Source: Gekko japonicus (Eukaryota). Taken from it: a DNA stretch of 64,000 bases. Numbering within the stretch: position 1 is the first letter of the stretch; each line of letters opens with the position of its first letter. Below the pieces are notes generated by a model. It was not told the DNA's origin. It ran no database searches and saw only the letters and a list, made by a program, of their open reading frames with translations. Shown here piece after piece: positions 49,887 through 62,537 of this stretch. A program made the translations under genes and the position numbers. Where the stretch lies: positions 364,609 to 428,608 of the forward strand of contig NW_015176015.1 of the NCBI RefSeq assembly GCF_001447785.1, in the 5' to 3' direction.

Positions 49887-50297
49887 ACAGGAGGACAACA
49901 CAGAAAACATTTGTTTGTAATCCTTTGGCATCAATGGTATCTTTCTTCACTGAAATTATTGTATACTCAAATGATGGTGTTTCAAAGCAAAAAAGCTAGT
50001 ATGGAAGCAAGCACTAAGGTATACCTTGTGGCAGAATATTTGGAATATGATAGGATACATTGTACCCACCTGTTTTCTAGAGAGTCAACCCAGACCTGGC
50101 AACCCTACAGGAGGACAACACAGAAAACATTTTGTTTGTAATCCAATGGTATCTTTATTCACTGAAATTATTGTATACTCAAAAGATGGTGTTTCAAAGC
50201 AAAAAAGCTAGTATGGAAGCAAGCACTAAGGTATACCTTGTGGCAGAATATTTGGAATATGATATGATACACTGCACCCACCTGTTTTCTAGAGAGT
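49887..50297. repeat. Direct duplication (~195 bp) separated by a hAT terminus remnant
   Basis: 49887-50085 and 50107-50297 flank caacccagacctggcaaccct(a). Confidence 0.9.
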
Positions 50298-51389
50298 GTA
50301 CTCCAGTATAACCAAAATGACATAGGAGGCAATGCCTTGCCCCCACAGTGTCCTTGTAGGCAGCAATACTGTCACCATCAGTAAGAGATGAGTAGGGGGG
50401 AAAAAAGACCAAAGTCATAAAACAGGAGGGGAGGGCATGCTGCTGTCCCCACAGACAGCATCTGGATACATCCATGGTCCTTTGAACTAAAGAGCACATT
50501 CCCTTCCACAGTTTCAAGGAAGCCTTGGAGGGCAGTGGGAGTCGAAGGAGGCTTGTCAGAATGCATGCTGTCTGAGCTCATTTACATCCCCCACCCACAA
50601 CTCCATAGACTGATTTTTCTCCTTCATGATCTAAAAGATCCTTTGATCTCAAGCTGGACATCAGACATGGATGGGAATGCGAATACCCCCCACACACACA
50701 CACTAGCCTCTTGATTCCCTTCAGCCTAAGGGCCAACATGGGTGTTTGAGAACTCAAACCTGTATGCTGTTTTATGCATACTCATGCAGCCCTCATACCT
50801 CCTTGGTTTTTAGGACTCAGAGAGCAAAGCTTTTCTTTTTAAAAGTCCATGAATATTTTGTCCTTAAGGGTAAGATACATCGGTAGAGATTTTCAGCAAA
50901 ATAAATTATACACACGTGGACAGTTAGTACTGCCATTCCGCAATAGATTGCAGTAGGTGGTGATTATATAATAACAAGCTGGGTCCCATAAGACTTGTGG
51001 GAGAAGGAAATCCTATTTCCCCCCCACACTGCCCCCACTTTCTTTCTCTTCCCATGTTTCTCCACTTTCTTCCCCCAGCCTGTTTCTCTCTCTCTCTCTC
51101 TCTCTCTCCCCCCCCTGCTTTTTCTACATTTTCTTTCCCCATTCAGTTTTCTGTTCGCTCTCTCTTCTCAGGCTTTTCCCCACTTTCTCCATTCTCCCCA
51201 CTGTCTCCCTTTCCCAGCCACTGCTGCTGCCACTTTTCTCCAACCTTCTATCTTGTTGTGTTTGCACCTTGGTTACTAGGCAACCCCACAGTGCTGACTG
51301 TGATTCTACAAGATTTTGTTGGCATTTTAAACCCCCCTCAGCATTTTTTAAAAAAAATTCTGCAAACCTGAGGGCTCCCCCAGGTCTGT

Positions 51390-51673
51390 AGAAGAGAAGA
51401 AGAGAGAGAAGAGATTGGATTCATACCCTGCCCTTCACTACCCAAAGGAGTCTCAGAGTGGCTTACAAACTCCTTTCCCTTCCCCTCCCCACAACAGACA
51501 CCCTGTGAGGTAGGTGGGGCTGAGAGAGCTCTGACAGAAACTGCTCTTTTTCAAGAACAGCTCTGACAGAACTATGGCTTGTCCAAGGTCATCCAGCAGG
51601 TGCAAGTGGAGGAGTGGGGAATCAAACCTGGTTCTCTCAGTTTACAGTCCGTGCACTTAATCACTACACCAAA
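51390..51673 (-). mobile_element. Squam3-like SINE
   Basis: Homologous to 2728-3000 and 59083-59366. Confidence 0.88.
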
Positions 51674-51924
51674 TCCATGTCTGTGGCCCCATTATGCAGA
51701 TTTTTTAATCTGCATTCTGGAGCCATGTTCAGAACTAGACAACAACTACAACAATAGAGAGTGATTAAAGTAAGGTCACCAAGACTTAACAACTGACATG
51801 ATTGTCCATTGTGGCACACTGAAACTTAATATCGAGAAGCTTTAAAATAACTTGGGGAGGAATCTGTGGTGTGCACTCTGACCTAAATTATCAAACAACT
51901 AAAGGAGGACACTTCCATATTAGA

Positions 51925-53593
51925 TCCCTTCCAGTCCAGCTTCCAACCAGACCATGGGATGGAGACAGTACTGGTCACCCTCATGGACAACCTTCGGAGG
52001 CATCTGGATCAGGGCGGTTCGGCAGTGTTGTTGTTGTTAGACCTGTCAGCGGCATTCAACATCGTCAACCACCAACTACTGATCCACTGCGTTGCCAATG
52101 CTGGGATTCAGGGGTCTGCCTTGCAGTGGTTTTCCTTGTTTCTTCAGGATCGGGGACAAAGGGTAACCCTAGGGGAACAGATGTCCCAAAGGCATCCGCT
52201 TGTTTGTAGTGTGCCCCAAAGGGTGATACTTTCCCCGATGTTATTTAACATCTATATGTGTCCCCTTGCCCAGTTTGCCTGGAGACATGGGCTGGGATGT
52301 CACCAGTATGCAGACGACACCCAGCTCTATCTGTTGTTGGGCGGTCAGTCTGACTCTAGTCTGGGAGATCTGGACCTGGTGTTGCAGGCCATGGCTGGTT
52401 GGCTTAGACTGAGCCGATTGAAATTTAATCCGATGAAGACAGAGGTCCTGTGCCTGAGTCGGGGTGGCCCGGGGTGAGGGATCCCACTCCCAACTTTCAA
52501 CGGTGTACCGTTGGTGCTGGCATAAGAGGTTAGGAGCTTGGGAGTGCTCTTGGATGCCTCCCTAACGATGGAGGCCCAGGTAGCAGCCACTGCTAAGTCA
52601 GCCTTTTATCATCTTCGGCTGATCAAGCAGTTGGTTCCCTTCCTCAAACGCAACAACTTGGCAACAGTGATCCATGCAATGGTCACCTTGAGGTTAGATT
52701 ACTGTAACGCTCTCTACATGGGGCTGCCTTTGACCTAAATCCGGAGACTTTAGCTAGTGCAGAATGCAGCTGCCAGGCTGTTGTTGGGTCTTTCTATGCG
52801 GGAGCACATTCAGCCTGCACTAAAAGCATTGCACTGGCTGCCTATAGCATATCAGATTCACTTACCTTTAAAGTCCTTTATGGCCAGGGGCCTACCTACC
52901 TGAGGGACTGCCTTCCCCCACATGTTCCCCAGAGACCACTGCGGTCAGGATCCCGAAACCATCTGGCCCTTCCAAGCCCTAAAAATGTCAGGCTGGCATC
53001 AACTAGGGCCAGGGCCTTTTCAGTAGCAGCTCCGCGCTGGTGGAATGAGCTCCCATAAGACCTTAGGGCCCTGAGGGACCTTTTACAGTTCTGCAGGGCC
53101 TGCAAGATGGAGCTCTTCCACCAGGCCTTTAATTAAGGAGCTGCACCCAATACAAGGAGCTGCAGTGGCTCAAGTGGTTAAGACGCTGAACTGCAGGCTG
53201 TGGAAGGTCGGTAGTTCAGCAGTTCGAGACCCGAGTTGCCGCATGACGGAGTGAGCTCCCGTCTCTAGTTCCAGCTCCTGCCAACCTAGCTGTTCGAAAG
53301 CAAGAAATTGCAAGTAGATAAATAGGTACCACTTCGGTGAGAAGGTAACCTGAGTTCCACCAACACTAAAATCTAATACCGACTGCATTTACTAGTGTGT
53401 TGATGCTACTCTGCCTTCGCCATCATTACTTAAATTATTAGCACCTTATGTTGTTGTTGTTGTTGTTGTTGTTGTAAGATTTAATGCTTTTATTATATTG
53501 CTGTTTTTAGCTATTGCACATATGTAAGCCGCCCTGAGCCTGCCCAGTTGGGGAGGGCGGGGTATAAATCAAATCAATCAATCAATCAATCAA
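51925..53593 (+). mobile_element. 5'-truncated L2-clade LINE (decayed RT ORF2 + 3' UTR), with a Sauria SINE 5' half at 53156-53349
   Basis: ORFs with LLLDLSAAF, VPQ..ILSPMLFNIY, HQYADDTQLY, RLDYCNALY motifs broken by stops; tail gtaagccgccctgagcc...(ATCA)n. Confidence 0.93.
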
Positions 53594-54782
53594 AACCCAT
53601 TTTTGTTGATGTCATAATTATATCAAAAAGTTTAAAACAGTATTTAAAAATTAACAATATTGGTTAACACGTAACAAGTGGGGAGGGACACATGAGGAAT
53701 TCCCCCCCTTATCTCCTTCCTGCTGCAGCCAATGCCTTCAGTTTGTCTCCCTCATTGCTGCATCTATGTCGCTGTTCTGCAGGTGCCTACTTTCACTTCC
53801 CACCTCCTGCCCACATTCTTGCTTTGCCTTTCCTCCATCCCCTTGCCTGCATGTCTCCTCTCCCTTGCCCACTTTGGCTTCCGTCTCCCACTCTGCTGAG
53901 CTCTCCATCTTGACGCTGCATGAAAGGACAGAAAAGCAGGTGGCTGGGAGGAGGCAAACCCAGAGCCAGTGCAGTGAAGAATGAGAGAAGCAGTTGGGTA
54001 GAGGAGGGAAGGTAGCCAGAGCTGGCTTCCCCTTCCTTGCCTATTCCAGGTGGCTGCCACTGCCATGTTTTCAAGCAATATTTTGCACTACTATTGCAGC
54101 CCAAAATGCCACCCAAGCGTCATCTTAAAAAAACCTTTCTGACATCTGCATATATGCCATCATTGCTTCTAACTGTGGGACTGTACCCGCAAATTGGGGA
54201 GGGGGGGGGTAAGGACTTTTTTTGTAAATTGATGGGTTCCCCTGATCTTTGCAGGACTCTGCATCACTGCTGTGGCTGACCCTGTTAGGTGGATTTGCCT
54301 ATCTACATGAGGCCAACCCTTTGCTGTTAGATAGGATATTTGAATATCCATTATTCTGGTGACTTGCTGGTGCCTTAGAGTGTATGGAGGGCAGAGGGCA
54401 GAAGAGGGAAGACAATACAATTGACATGGAAGCTTTTCCTCATCCCATCACTGACTGTGCCAGTCAAGGTTGGGGCTGTACTCAGGACCACTGTCCCTGC
54501 TGCCACCAGCATGGCCTGGGTCTAGGGAGAAGACCAGCACAGGCCAATGGACAGAGCATCTTCCCCCCACTCCCCACTTTCTGCAGTTTCCTGGAGGCTC
54601 TTTCTAAATGTGGACAGATACCCTTGGAAATGAGGTCCAAGAAAACCAAGGTGTGGTGCCTCGGGCAATGGAGAAATTGGGGGTATCTGCCCATCAGCCC
54701 TGTTGCCTGCCTGCTTGACCTGGCCTGGCCCCTGCGCCAGCCCACACAGTAAACAGACAAGACGAGGGGTAAAATGAATATA

Positions 54783-55304
54783 GGCCCCAGTCACACGGGC
54801 AGGAAACTGCGGGGGGGGAAGCATGGCAGTTTGCCCCGGGGCAAACTAACGCACGGTTACATGATCAGACCTCCCGTGGAGGTACCGTGGAGGTTCCGTG
54901 GGAAGGGAGAGGTGCCGATTGCAGGACAATCCCGCGTGCAAAACAGAAGCGCGCGGTGCGGCAAACTGGTTGGGGTTTTTTTGTGTGTACACCACGACTG
55001 CGCATGCTCCGTTGGGTGCGTGTGCGCATCCACGGAGACTTGGGGGGAAAAAACCTTATTTGCAAGGGGACATGGGTGGGCGCCGGATGCCTCCGGAAAC
55101 GCGATCAGACGCCTGCCCTTGCCCCGCAGTTTCCGGAAACTAGTACCTCCAAGGTACTAGTTTTTTGCTGCGTGTTTTCGGCGGGAAGCCTCGGTTGAGC
55201 CACGGAAGAGCTACACTTCCCAGATGTGTCGGTGAGATCGCGCCCGGAAACTCCGCCTGTCTTCCATCGCTTTAGCGTGGCTAATGCTCCATGTGACCAC
55301 AGCC
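54783..55304. mobile_element. CpG-rich PIF/Harbinger-like MITE
   Basis: ggccccagtcacacgg / ccatgtgaccacagcc, TSD ATA/ATA. Confidence 0.8.
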
Positions 55305-55476
55305 ATAATAATGTAAGTGAATAAGATAGAAGCAAGAAAGGTGATCTATAAATGCTATAAATTCAATAATAATGAATATGAATAAGAATAATATTTAAAA
55401 AAAGAAAAGAAAACAAACTGGGGGGGGTGCACATTCCTAACCTGAACTACAGGGAGAAGCATGAAGCTGGTGGTTT

Positions 55477-55678
55477 AAAGTGCCACCAAGTCACAGCTGA
55501 CTTATGGCGACCCCTGGTGGGGCTTTGAAGGCAAGAGGTGTTCAGAGGTGGTTTTGCCGTTGCCTGCCTCTGCTTAGCCACCCTGGACTTCCTTGGAGGT
55601 CTCCCATCTAAGTACTAACCAGGGCCGACCCTGCTTAGCTTCTGAGATGTGGTGAGATCTGGGCCACAAAGTCAGAGT
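55477..55678 (-). mobile_element. 5S-derived SINE
   Basis: Same head/tail as 6326-6528. Confidence 0.85.
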
Positions 55679-56195
55679 GGGGCAAATTTTAGTTGAGGAT
55701 CAAGTCTGGGAAATCTGCAGTGCTGTGACTTGGGACTGCGTTGGCAGAGCCGTGTGTGGGAAGCTGGCAAAGTGCTGTTCTATTTTGGGGGCCTGAAAGT
55801 AGCTCCTTTATTTTACTCTTCTTTACCTTTTGGAGAGATGAATAAGGGTGTCATGAAGAAACAAAGGGAGAGCTTTGCCCATTTCCAGGCTTCTTATTCA
55901 CACTAATTAAGTACTAGCAGCTTTGCTGAAGGGAACGCCCCCACTTTGAATGTTCAGAAAACACGTCAAGATGAACCCCCACAGCGACAGCATCGCAGCA
56001 GCCATTCCTTCCTTCCTTCCTAACTCTGCCTCTTCGTGTGCCACACTATGATGCTTCTTTGCGTGAGAGTAGTCTGGTCACCAACACTAATATTTCTGTC
56101 AATTCAGGACTGGTGTACACAGCTGTGATGTGGAGGTCTCCCTGCATCACCATAGCATAATAGAGAGGTGTCCACATAGCTTAGGCAGTTTTCTC

Positions 56196-56354
56196 CATGG
56201 ATAGTCCAGGCTAGCCTGACCTTGTCAGATCTCGGAAGCTAAGCAGGGTCAGCCCTGGCTAGTATTTGGATGGGCGACCAACAAGGAATACCAGGGCCAT
56301 GCCACAGAAGCAGACAGTGGCAAACCAACTCTGAATTGTCTCTTGCCTTAAAAA
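56196..56354 (+). mobile_element. 5S-derived SINE, 3'-truncated
   Basis: gatctcggaagctaagcagggtcagccctggctagtatttggatgggcgacc closely matches 5S rRNA boxes A/IE/C. Confidence 0.85.
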
Positions 56355-57501
56355 CGTCCAGCCCACCACCTAGTGGTGCATAATGTTAAAGAGCTAGAAC
56401 TTGTGGCTGTCAGACAATCTTAGGATCTCCTGGCTATACTACACACAATGCCATATGATGATGATGATCATCATCATCATCATCATCATCCATGGCAGCA
56501 GAGGATCTGAGATATTATGGAGAAAAATCTGCTAATGTGCATGAATCTCAATCCTATGCATAGCTTCTCAAAAGCGTCCCACTATCTCCAAAAGTCCTTA
56601 CTTCCAAGTAAGTCTGCATAGGGTTGCATTCACGGTGAGGAACGGCTAATGGATGATTCATACCATGGTGACAGCCTCCTCATGCATTTAAAATGGTCTC
56701 CATGAGGCAGCCGTGAGATATAAACCATGATCTGGGAAAGTGATAGAAACTACTTGTGACTGACTGTACAGAAGGGAGGGTAAAGTGACAGTACATAACA
56801 AAAGGATTATTTCAGTGATAATCTGTGCTTAGACACTACCTGTTGCTTGGAAATCATTCTGCAAGTTATTACCCTTTTGTTGCAGTGGGCCCCTCGATAT
56901 GGTACTCCTTGATCTTCCCTGACAACGCCTTTGGCTGTTTCCGTTCTTTGGCTGTTATTTGCCCTGGTTCAGTGCTGTTAGAAAACTTTTTCCCCGCTTC
57001 CCCACAGCATAATGGTGCATTTGGGTACCTCCCAGCATTTCTCCAAGCTTTCCCAAACCTGCTTTTGCTGCAAAGATTTGGGAACCATTGTAGCAAAGCC
57101 TGGATGGCTGCCGTATGGGTGGGAAACTTCAGATTTTCCTGGCCCTGCCCCCACACCAGGCATTTTCCTTTTTCCCATCCCCACAGCAGCCATTCCCCCA
57201 TTGTTCTGGAAACTGGATATCAATATAGCAATCAGTTCTTTGACTTCTCAGCTTTAATTTTTATTTTTTTAAAACAGCAAGTTTCTCTAGTTTCTTTTTG
57301 TTGTGGAAATACAATGGGAAAGGCATATCTCTACAACAAAAGGGACTAGAAACTGTTTATAAAATGAAAATACACAGATTGTTGAAATGTTATTCAATTG
57401 CCAATGAAGGAAAAAAATTCTTAAAAGCTTTGGTGGGGATGTGGCTGCTGCCAGCCAACTGGGGCAAAGAAACTTGTGACATGGAGCTCCTTTACTCCTA
57501 A

Positions 57502-57836
57502 AAAGTAAAGGTTCCCTTGCTCGTAAGCCAGTCAAATCCAACTCTAGGGTTGTGGTGCTCATCTCCGTTTCAAAGTCGAAGAGCCAGCACTGTCCGAAGT
57601 CGTTTCCGTGGTCATGTGGCCGGCATGACTAAACACCAAGGCGCACGGAACGCTGTTACCTTCCCACCAAAGTGGTACCTATTTATCTACTTGCAATTTC
57701 TTGCTTTCGAACTGCTAGGTTGGCAGGCGCTGGAACTAGAGACTTGAGCTCACTCCGTCATGCGGCACACTCGGGTCTCGAACTGCTGAACTACCGACCT
57801 TCCTCAGCCTGCAGTTCAGCGTCTTAACCACTTGAG
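57502..57836 (-). mobile_element. Sauria SINE (Squam1)
   Basis: Matches the other copies. Confidence 0.93.
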
Positions 57837-58109
57837 TATTTGCTTGGAATCGTAAAATCCCCCAGAGCATTCTGGAATCCAGAAGGATCCATGACTTTTA
57901 GTGAGATCATTTTAACTGGCTGCAACCATGACAGCTTCACTCATCTGAGCAGGGCCTCCTGTGGGCGCCACCCTGCAAAAGGGCAAGATCAACAACTGCC
58001 CATACACATATATGCTCTATTATGGCCTCCCACCTTGTGGATGGCCTGCCTAAGGTGATCTCTGGAAGGCTCCCATGCTCCTGTCACATAAAACTGTATA
58101 AAGGAAATA

Positions 58110-58313
58110 GCCTTGACTTGGATAGGCCAGGATAGCCCAATTTCATCATATCTTGGCAGCTAAGCAGGGTCACCCTTGGTTAGTATTTGGAGGGGAGACC
58201 ATCAGGGAATACCAGGGTCACTCGGCAGAGGCAGGCAATGGAAAACCACCTCTGAATGTCTCTTGCTTTGAAAGCCCCATAGGGTTGCCATAAGTCAATT
58301 GTGACTTAATGGC
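58110..58313 (+). mobile_element. 5S-derived SINE, full length
   Basis: gccttgacttggatag head, 5S boxes, gggttgccataagtcaattgtgactt tail then A-run. Confidence 0.88.
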
Positions 58314-59082
58314 AGAAAAAAAAAAAATTGTGTGAAAATGGGCTATAGTACAACAAGGTGGTTCAGGAAGGCACTCTTATAAAAGGAACAAGACTGTGAC
58401 TTATACAGAAAGTGTATAGTCTGTATGATCGGTTTGCTGTATTATTATCCTACTAGCACTGCTTTGTTTTTATACTTACATAATACCGTTTTCTGCAGTG
58501 TTTACCATATAATGCCTGATACGAATGCTTTGTTTCAGTCTACTGGTCCTGTTACAATGCTTATTAAATGGCTCATCCTGTTGACTGCGTTGACTTACAC
58601 TGTGTAAACCACTTTAAGTCTCAGTGAGAAAGGCGGACTATAAATAAAGTAAAATGAGTCCCATTACACCGCATTGCATTTTAATGCTCTTGAGTGTTAA
58701 TTGTATTGTATTGCATTCTTTCATTGAAAGAACTGCAAACAACCATAAGAATTGCATTGAGGCACAAGAGCAATAAAATCATTTACATTTTTAGAAAAAG
58801 TATCTCTAGACCAACTCTAATCTATTAGCTGAACTTTTTTCTGATTTGTGGTAATATGTCTGGGGAAACGTTCACAAGCCATATATCACTGCCCACTGAA
58901 AATCACTTGTGTGGTAGCACTGAGGATATTTCCAGCCATAACAAAGAATTCTGTTTAACTAGGAATTAAATAAGTAGGTGCGGTAAGCTCTGTTGGCAAA
59001 TTGCCTACCTCTCCAAGTCTCCATGATCACTCCAAGAACCAGAAGTAAGAAGTGTGTAAAAAACCTGCGTACAGATGGATAG

Positions 59083-59366
59083 GAGGAGGAAGAGGAAGAG
59101 GAGATTGGATTTATACCCCGCCCTTCACTACCTGAAAGAGTCTCAGAGTGGCTTACAATCTCCTTTCCCTTCCCCTCCCCACAACAGACACCCTGTGATG
59201 TAGGTGGGGCTGAGAGAGCTCTCCAGAGAACTGCCCTTGAGAGAACAGCTCTGAGAGAACTTGTGACTGACCCAAGGTCACACCAGCAGCCGCATGTGGA
59301 GAAGTGGGGAATCAAACCTGGTTCTCCCAGATTAGAGTCCACATTCCTAACCACTACACCAAACTG
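59083..59366 (-). mobile_element. Squam3-like SINE
   Basis: A/B boxes on the minus strand, internal gagagaactgc repeats, (TCC/TCT)n tail. Confidence 0.9.
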
Positions 59367-59412
59367 AACACCAGAGAGAGTCTGAAACATGAGTTCCACA
59401 ATGTAGAATTCA

Positions 59413-59635
59413 AGGGCTAGTGTGGTGTAGTGGTTAGGGTACCGGACTACAATCTGGGAGATTCAGGTTTGAATCCTGCTCTCCCATGGAAGCTTGCTGG
59501 GTGACCTTGGGCCAATCACACACTTGCCTGGTAACGGTTGTTGTAGAGAGGAGAAGAGGAGAACTATGTAAGCTGCATTGAGTCCCCATTGGGGAATAAG
59601 GTGGGTTTTAAATGAAGTAAATAAATAAAATAAAT
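59413..59635 (+). mobile_element. Older Squam3/MIR-like SINE, head-to-head with the previous copy
   Basis: tgtggtgtagtggttag A box, ggtttgaatcc B box, gggtgaccttgggcc core, (TAAA)n tail. Confidence 0.85.
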
Positions 59636-61432
59636 GTAAGGCTGTAATATATTGACTGTAGCATGATGTACATTATGGATTTGTAAGATTAGTTGGCAAC
59701 CCTATAAAGTGGATATAATGTCAGAAAGCACCCCAGTATATCTCTCTGATTATTCAGGTGGCAGCTAAGGAACTTCTGAAAATTACCCGGGGGGGTGGGG
59801 GAGTAATTGAAGGTTCCTCATCCAATTCTTTTTCCCCAAAAAGAAAGTTACAAAGCTGCCTTTGAGTGACAGCTGCACACATACGGGCTGCTCTGTTTGC
59901 TTACACACTTACTGCTCCTACTCATTGCTTTATAAAGTGTTTTGGCACCTTGGGTACAAAACGCATTACATAAAGCTCAATTCAATTTCATATGCTCGAC
60001 ACTGAATGCCATCCAGTTATGAAACACAATGCAGTTGTTCCCGGCGTATAGCTCTGACCAATAAATCTTCCATAGCCGGGAGGCTTTTGTACTCAGCTTC
60101 CAAACTCCCCCAAAGTTGTATTTAGAGGCATTTCCGTACTGACATGCAGTCTGCCTGATATGGACAGAAAACGTCAAACTGGCTGCCACAAGAAAATAGG
60201 TATTGATGGAGTGCTGCTGGGACGGCTCCCCAGAGGACTGGCTAGAGGCTTAAGCCTACAGTGCTTCTGAAGTGTGCAGAGGTGGAAAGCATGAATCCAG
60301 CCTCCCTGCAAATGGCAATGAAAATAAAACCAGCTCTCAAACTGCTGTATTGTAATATTGATATAGCTCTGTAGGGACCCATGGAACCCTGTACATTAAA
60401 ATTAGCCATTCCCTGCATGCCCTGGGCTATAATGTACACTATGCATCTAATGTAAGTTTGTGACTGAGGGAGAATGAAGCTTTCGGCACAAGCGTAAGAC
60501 ATGGCTGAGGATAGTTGACTAAGTTCTCTTGCCAGGTGTAGGGTTAGCTTTGGTAGCACATGCTGCATATCACAGGCTGCTGGGCACTTTTGAAGGGGGG
60601 GACCTTATTTACTTAAGCATTTTGTACCCCACTCTTTCACAAGCATCAGGGCATCTTACAAAAAAAACCTTTACACACTACACTGTCACCAGTCTTACTA
60701 GGTCAGAAATAAAGAGTTGATACAGATTGAACAGGGTTATTTAACTGACTCAAGAGCAGTTTTCCCAAAAAATTTTTTGTCAAGGCGCCAAATGAAATTC
60801 TAATGTAGAAAAGTTCAACCAGCCCTTCAAACCATATGTTGGTGCACAGACTGCCTGAATCATGGAAAGGGGGGGGGGGGGAATGAAGCCAATATTGTTG
60901 GGCACAAGACTGCCGGAAAGAAGGAAAGGGGGGGGGGGGGAATGAAGCCTAAATCAGCCTCTAATTAGGGTCTGAGGTATGAAGGAGGGAGAAATCCAGT
61001 TTAGCACTGTGTTTTTTTAAAGTATGTGTGCAAGCCAAATCAATATTGAGAGAATGGTCATTTTATAGTGGCCTTTTTACACAACATTTTGTGTTCAGTA
61101 GCAGCACCTGAGTAGAAAACACACACGTTACACCAATTATAGAGAACACCCACATATATTATTCACTCTTGATGGCATTATAGAGAGGACTGAACCAGAG
61201 CAGACTTTGGAGGGGACAAAATGATTTGTTACAGAAGAAAATGTTATTTGCAGGAAAGTAGTTCTGTTCTGATTTCTTTGACATTAGGGAGGACAGTAAT
61301 GGAGAATGAAAGAACAACTAAAACTGATGTATAGAAAGAAAGGCTTAGAGTCTTATCTCAAACTGAGAGTCATTAGTGGAAATCCTGAAAACAGCAGAGG
61401 AACCACTGCCAAAAGAACTGGAAAGCTTAGAT

Positions 61433-61991
61433 CAGGGCTGGCCAAACTTGCTTAACATAAAGGTAAAGGTAAAGGTTCCCTTGCTCGAAAGCCAGTCGAG
61501 TCCGACTCTAGGGTTGCGGTGCTCATCTCCGTTTCAAAGCCAAAGAGCCAGCGCTGTCCAAAGACGTTTCCGTGGTCATGTGGCCGGCATGACTAAACAC
61601 CAAGGTGCACAGAACGCTGTTACCTTCCCACCGAAGTGGTACCTATTTATCTACTTGCAATTTCTTGCTTTCGAACTGCTAGGTTGGCAGGAGCTGGAAC
61701 TAGAGACGGGAGCTCACCCCGTCTTGCGGCACACTCGGGTCTCGAACTGCTGAACTACTGACCTTCCACAGCCTGCAGTTCAGCGTCTTAACCACTTGAG
61801 CCACCGCAGCTCCACTGCTTAACATAACAGCCACATAAAATAAACGTCAGATGTTTGAGAGCCACAAGGCACAAACAAATATTGCACACATGTTTTTATT
61901 GAAAAATATGCAAATTTGCTTTTTATTAACATTACATTAGACTGTGTGAAAGAGCCACATGCAGCTCCCGAGCTGCAGTTTGGGCCCCGTG
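61433..61991. mobile_element. hAT (Charlie-like) MITE containing a full-length Sauria SINE (61461-61813, minus)
   Basis: cagggctggccaaac / gtttgggccccgtg with perfect TSD GCTTAGAT; the SINE is flanked by TGCTTAACATAA on both sides. Confidence 0.9.
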
Positions 61992-62317
61992 GCTTAGATG
62001 AAGAACATTTGAAACCAAATGCAAAGGAAGAGAAAACAACACAGAATCTGTTGAATGTCCTGGGCCAAGGAATATTACAGTGTGGATCCCAAAGCCCAAA
62101 ATGGGAGGACTTTGAGAACTCTTAGTCACTGGAGCAGGCATATTGTCCCCTAAATACCTCTGCTTTATATGGACAAAATGCTTTTTCTCCTACATCCTGT
62201 CCTTTGTTACCTGTAGTGCTCAGCAGTTATACGATGAATGTAGTGCCTAGATGAGATAGTAGTATTCTTAGAAGTAAGGTGAGCAGAATGGGCAAAAGTC
62301 ACGCAAAGTACTGTAGC

Positions 62318-62537
62318 TAGGTATGCTAGCTCTGGGTTAGGAAATTCCTGGAAATTTTGAGGTGGAGCCTGGGGGAGGCCATGGTTTGGGGAGGGGAGGG
62401 ACCTCATTGGGCTATAATGCCACAGAGTCCACCCTTCAAAGCAGCCATTTTCTCCCGGGGAACTAATCTAATTTGTTTAGAGATCAGTGGTCATTCCAGA
62501 AGGTCTTGGGGCCATACCTGGAAGCTGGCAAACCTAA
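62318..62537. mobile_element. hAT MITE (TAGGGTTGCCA family, short type)
   Basis: taggtatgctagc / gctggcaaaccta; reverse complement of the 26232 type. Confidence 0.75.

Noticed and set aside
56196-56354. True 5S rRNA gene
   Set aside because: The 5' end differs from 5S, there is no oligo-T terminator, and it continues into a SINE tail shared by dispersed copies.
56873-56974. 102-nt AG/GT-bounded open frame TEPGQITAKERKQPKALSGKIKEYHIEGPTATK
   Set aside because: Phase 2-2, incompatible with the phase-1 CAMK2 intron; unrecognised peptide; such pseudo-exons are expected by chance.
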